DNA of 32,000 nt, taken from the NCBI RefSeq assembly GCF_900079115.1, contig NZ_LT549890.1:30001-62000 (forward strand), given 5' to 3'. This document shows positions 30,301 to 32,000 of this stretch, piece after piece (position 1 is the first letter of the stretch; the number at the start of each line of letters is the position of its first letter). Position numbers and translations under genes: made by a program. The DNA is from Saccharolobus solfataricus (GTDB lineage Archaea; Thermoproteota; Thermoprotei_A; Sulfolobales; Sulfolobaceae). The notes beneath the pieces are model-generated. The model was not told the DNA's origin and did not search any database. It worked only from the letters and a program-made list of their open reading frames with translations.

Positions 30301-30798
30301 TTAAGAGGATTTTTGTTGTTGAGAAGAAGATTGTTGAGATTGTGGTTGAGCTGCTTTCTTTCTAGCCACACCTATAGTCATACCAGTTCTCCCTGTAGTC
30401 CTAGTTCTTTGTCCTCTAACCTTTAAGCCTAACGAATGCCTAACTCCTCTCCAACTTCTACTCTTCTTCTCTCTTTCTATATCATTTCTTACATAGAAGA
30501 TCAAATCAGAAGTCACTAAATGTAAATCTAAACCACTCTCGTAATCTTTACGCCTATTATATAACCAACTAGGTAACCCTTTAATTGTATGATCGCTTAT
30601 TACAGATTCAACTTTCTTTACTTCAGCATCAGATAGTTCCCCTAATCTCGCATTTGGATCCATTCCTAGTTTTCGTATTATCGCTTTCGCAGTGTTGTAA
30701 CCAATTCCTTTTACCATCGCTAGGGCATAAGGTAATTTCATAGTTCCATCTACATCTTGCCCGAAAATTCTAACAACATACTTAAACTGTTGACTCAT
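30301..30798 (-). CDS. rps13: 30S ribosomal protein S13 (uS13) with a Q/S-rich C-terminal tail
   Basis: [32 protein letters not shown]...[14 protein letters not shown]. Ends in [17 protein letters not shown]. Confidence 0.95.
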   Translation of the reverse strand: MSQQFKYVVRIFGQDVDGTMKLPYALAMVKGIGYNTAKAIIRKLGMDPNARLGELSDAEVKKVESVISDHTIKGLPSWLYNRRKDYESGLDLHLVTSDLIFYVRNDIEREKKSRSWRGVRHSLGLKVRGQRTRTTGRTGMTIGVARKKAAQPQSQQSSSQQQKSS

Positions 30799-30818
30799 TA
30801 AGTATCAGCTTGTATGGT

Positions 30819-31970
30819 CTATGTAAAACTAGTTTTTAAGTTTTTCAATACGTTATCCATTTTTGTTTTAGCCTCAGCTATAGCATAATCTAAACGGTTT
30901 GATATATATTCTATGCTATAAGGTGAATAATTCCCAAAATATTTCTTTATAGGAGTATAAGGACTTTCTCTAAATTGTGGCTTAAGTTCTTTCCCATCAT
31001 ATGTAATTATAGGATATTGTCTGAAATCATCTATATAACCTACAATTTCGCTTCTAATATTATATTGAGCCAACCTCTTTTTAACTAAATCTGGATTATC
31101 AGTAAATATAAGTATTGAATCAATTGATATACCAAAAGGATCTATGTTAATCTCATTCAGCATCTTTCTAACCTTTGGATTTATTAATGAAAGAAACTTC
31201 TCCTCATCTATTACAAAACTTAAGTTAGTTATCTTCGAAACCTCCAGAGCATCAGCACGTATCCCTCCGTTAGTAACATCTGTCATAGAATAAACGTCGC
31301 TTGACAAATAATCTCTAACTATAATACAAGTAAGTAAGTCTTTTATGTTAAGCGTCTCCGAAATTACATCAGGCATACCATTATATATTGCTGTAGTTGC
31401 AATAGTTCCACCGCCATTTCCTTCAGTCATGAGTATTTTTAGCCCCTTCTTCACTCTTTTCCTTAAGAAATCCTTAGACTTTAATATTCCTATTGAACCT
31501 ACAGCACCACTTATCCTATCTCCTAAAACTAAATCGCCACCTATTCTTAATGTGCTACCAGCCAGTATTGGGATATCTAAAGCTTTACTAATAGTAGTTA
31601 CACCTGCTTCAAAGTCTATCAACATTCCTATATCGCTATCATCAGAAAGGTGTATGTCCACAATTAGACCTAATGGGTATGCCCCCTTAACCATAATATC
31701 CCGCAATGTTGCTCTAGTAGCATAAAAGCCGGCTAGGAACGGAAAATAAGATAGCCTAGAATGGATACCATCTATGGAGACGACTACGTTTTCCCTAATT
31801 CCAGCATCATCATATTCTTCGATTTGCTTACCAGCTAACTCAAATAACTTAGTATGTATTAAATTATCACCTATACCTCTAGATCCTAATCCGGCTTCCC
31901 CAGCTCTTATGTTAGTTTTAGGAAAACCAAATTTATCATCGGCCTTCATGGAATTAATAACTTCAGTCAA
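30819..31970 (-). CDS. AIR synthase-related (PurM/ThiL/HypE superfamily) protein; N terminus possibly outside the window
   Basis: DDAGI...VSIDGIHS...ATRATLRDIMVKGAYP...HLSDDSD...TDVTNGGIR follow PurM-superfamily blocks. The tracked start is a TTG at 31970. The frame is open to position 32000, and an internal ATG lies at 31949. Confidence 0.7.
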   Translation of the reverse strand: MTEVINSMKADDKFGFPKTNIRAGEAGLGSRGIGDNLIHTKLFELAGKQIEEYDDAGIRENVVVSIDGIHSRLSYFPFLAGFYATRATLRDIMVKGAYPLGLIVDIHLSDDSDIGMLIDFEAGVTTISKALDIPILAGSTLRIGGDLVLGDRISGAVGSIGILKSKDFLRKRVKKGLKILMTEGNGGGTIATTAIYNGMPDVISETLNIKDLLTCIIVRDYLSSDVYSMTDVTNGGIRADALEVSKITNLSFVIDEEKFLSLINPKVRKMLNEINIDPFGISIDSILIFTDNPDLVKKRLAQYNIRSEIVGYIDDFRQYPIITYDGKELKPQFRESPYTPIKKYFGNYSPYSIEYISNRLDYAIAEAKTKMDNVLKNLKTSFT

Positions 31971-32000
31971 AATAACGTTAGAGATTTCTTCTGCATTATA

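Overview
This is an AT-rich crenarchaeal chromosome segment. Gene content, gene order and ISC-type insertion sequences fit Sulfolobus/Saccharolobus solfataricus; that assignment is inference, since no search was run. From left to right the window contains: (1) two uncharacterised ORFs, the segAB chromosome-partition pair and an N/I/Y-rich ORF. (2) An orphan 575-aa surface glycoprotein with a type IV pilin-like (class III) signal peptide, flanked by unusually large non-coding gaps. (3) A PadR regulator and a ThiN-type thiamine-phosphate synthase. (4) Two adjacent insertion sequences: an IS630-family ISC1078-like element with a -1 frameshift site, and a GC-rich IS4/IS5-type element of about 1.42-1.46 kb. 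(5) The doxBCE terminal quinol oxidase cluster. (6) tatD preceded by an untracked 58-aa AbrB-family gene. (7) Two small wHTH regulators, a crotonase-family enzyme and an ABC-2 exporter. (8) A tightly coupled trio made of an AIR-synthase-related enzyme, a CobY/MobA-like nucleotidyltransferase and a membrane protein. (9) An RNA-gene island with tRNA-Pro, intron-containing tRNA-Asn, tRNA-Ser and the 310-nt SRP (7S) RNA. (10) A gapless minus-strand array of about 9.6 kb running S13-S4-S11-RpoD-L18e-L13-S9-RpoN-S2-MEMO-unknown-IPK-IDI2-GGPP synthase-AglH. There is no CRISPR array, no rRNA and no recognisable defence system. The best candidates for undescribed biology are the unknown ORF embedded in the isoprenoid operon, the AIRS/nucleotidyltransferase/membrane trio, the orphan pilin-like glycoprotein, the local cluster of GTCTAGA-core palindromes around segAB, and the AbrB-TatD pair. 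All functional calls rest on motif recognition by eye.
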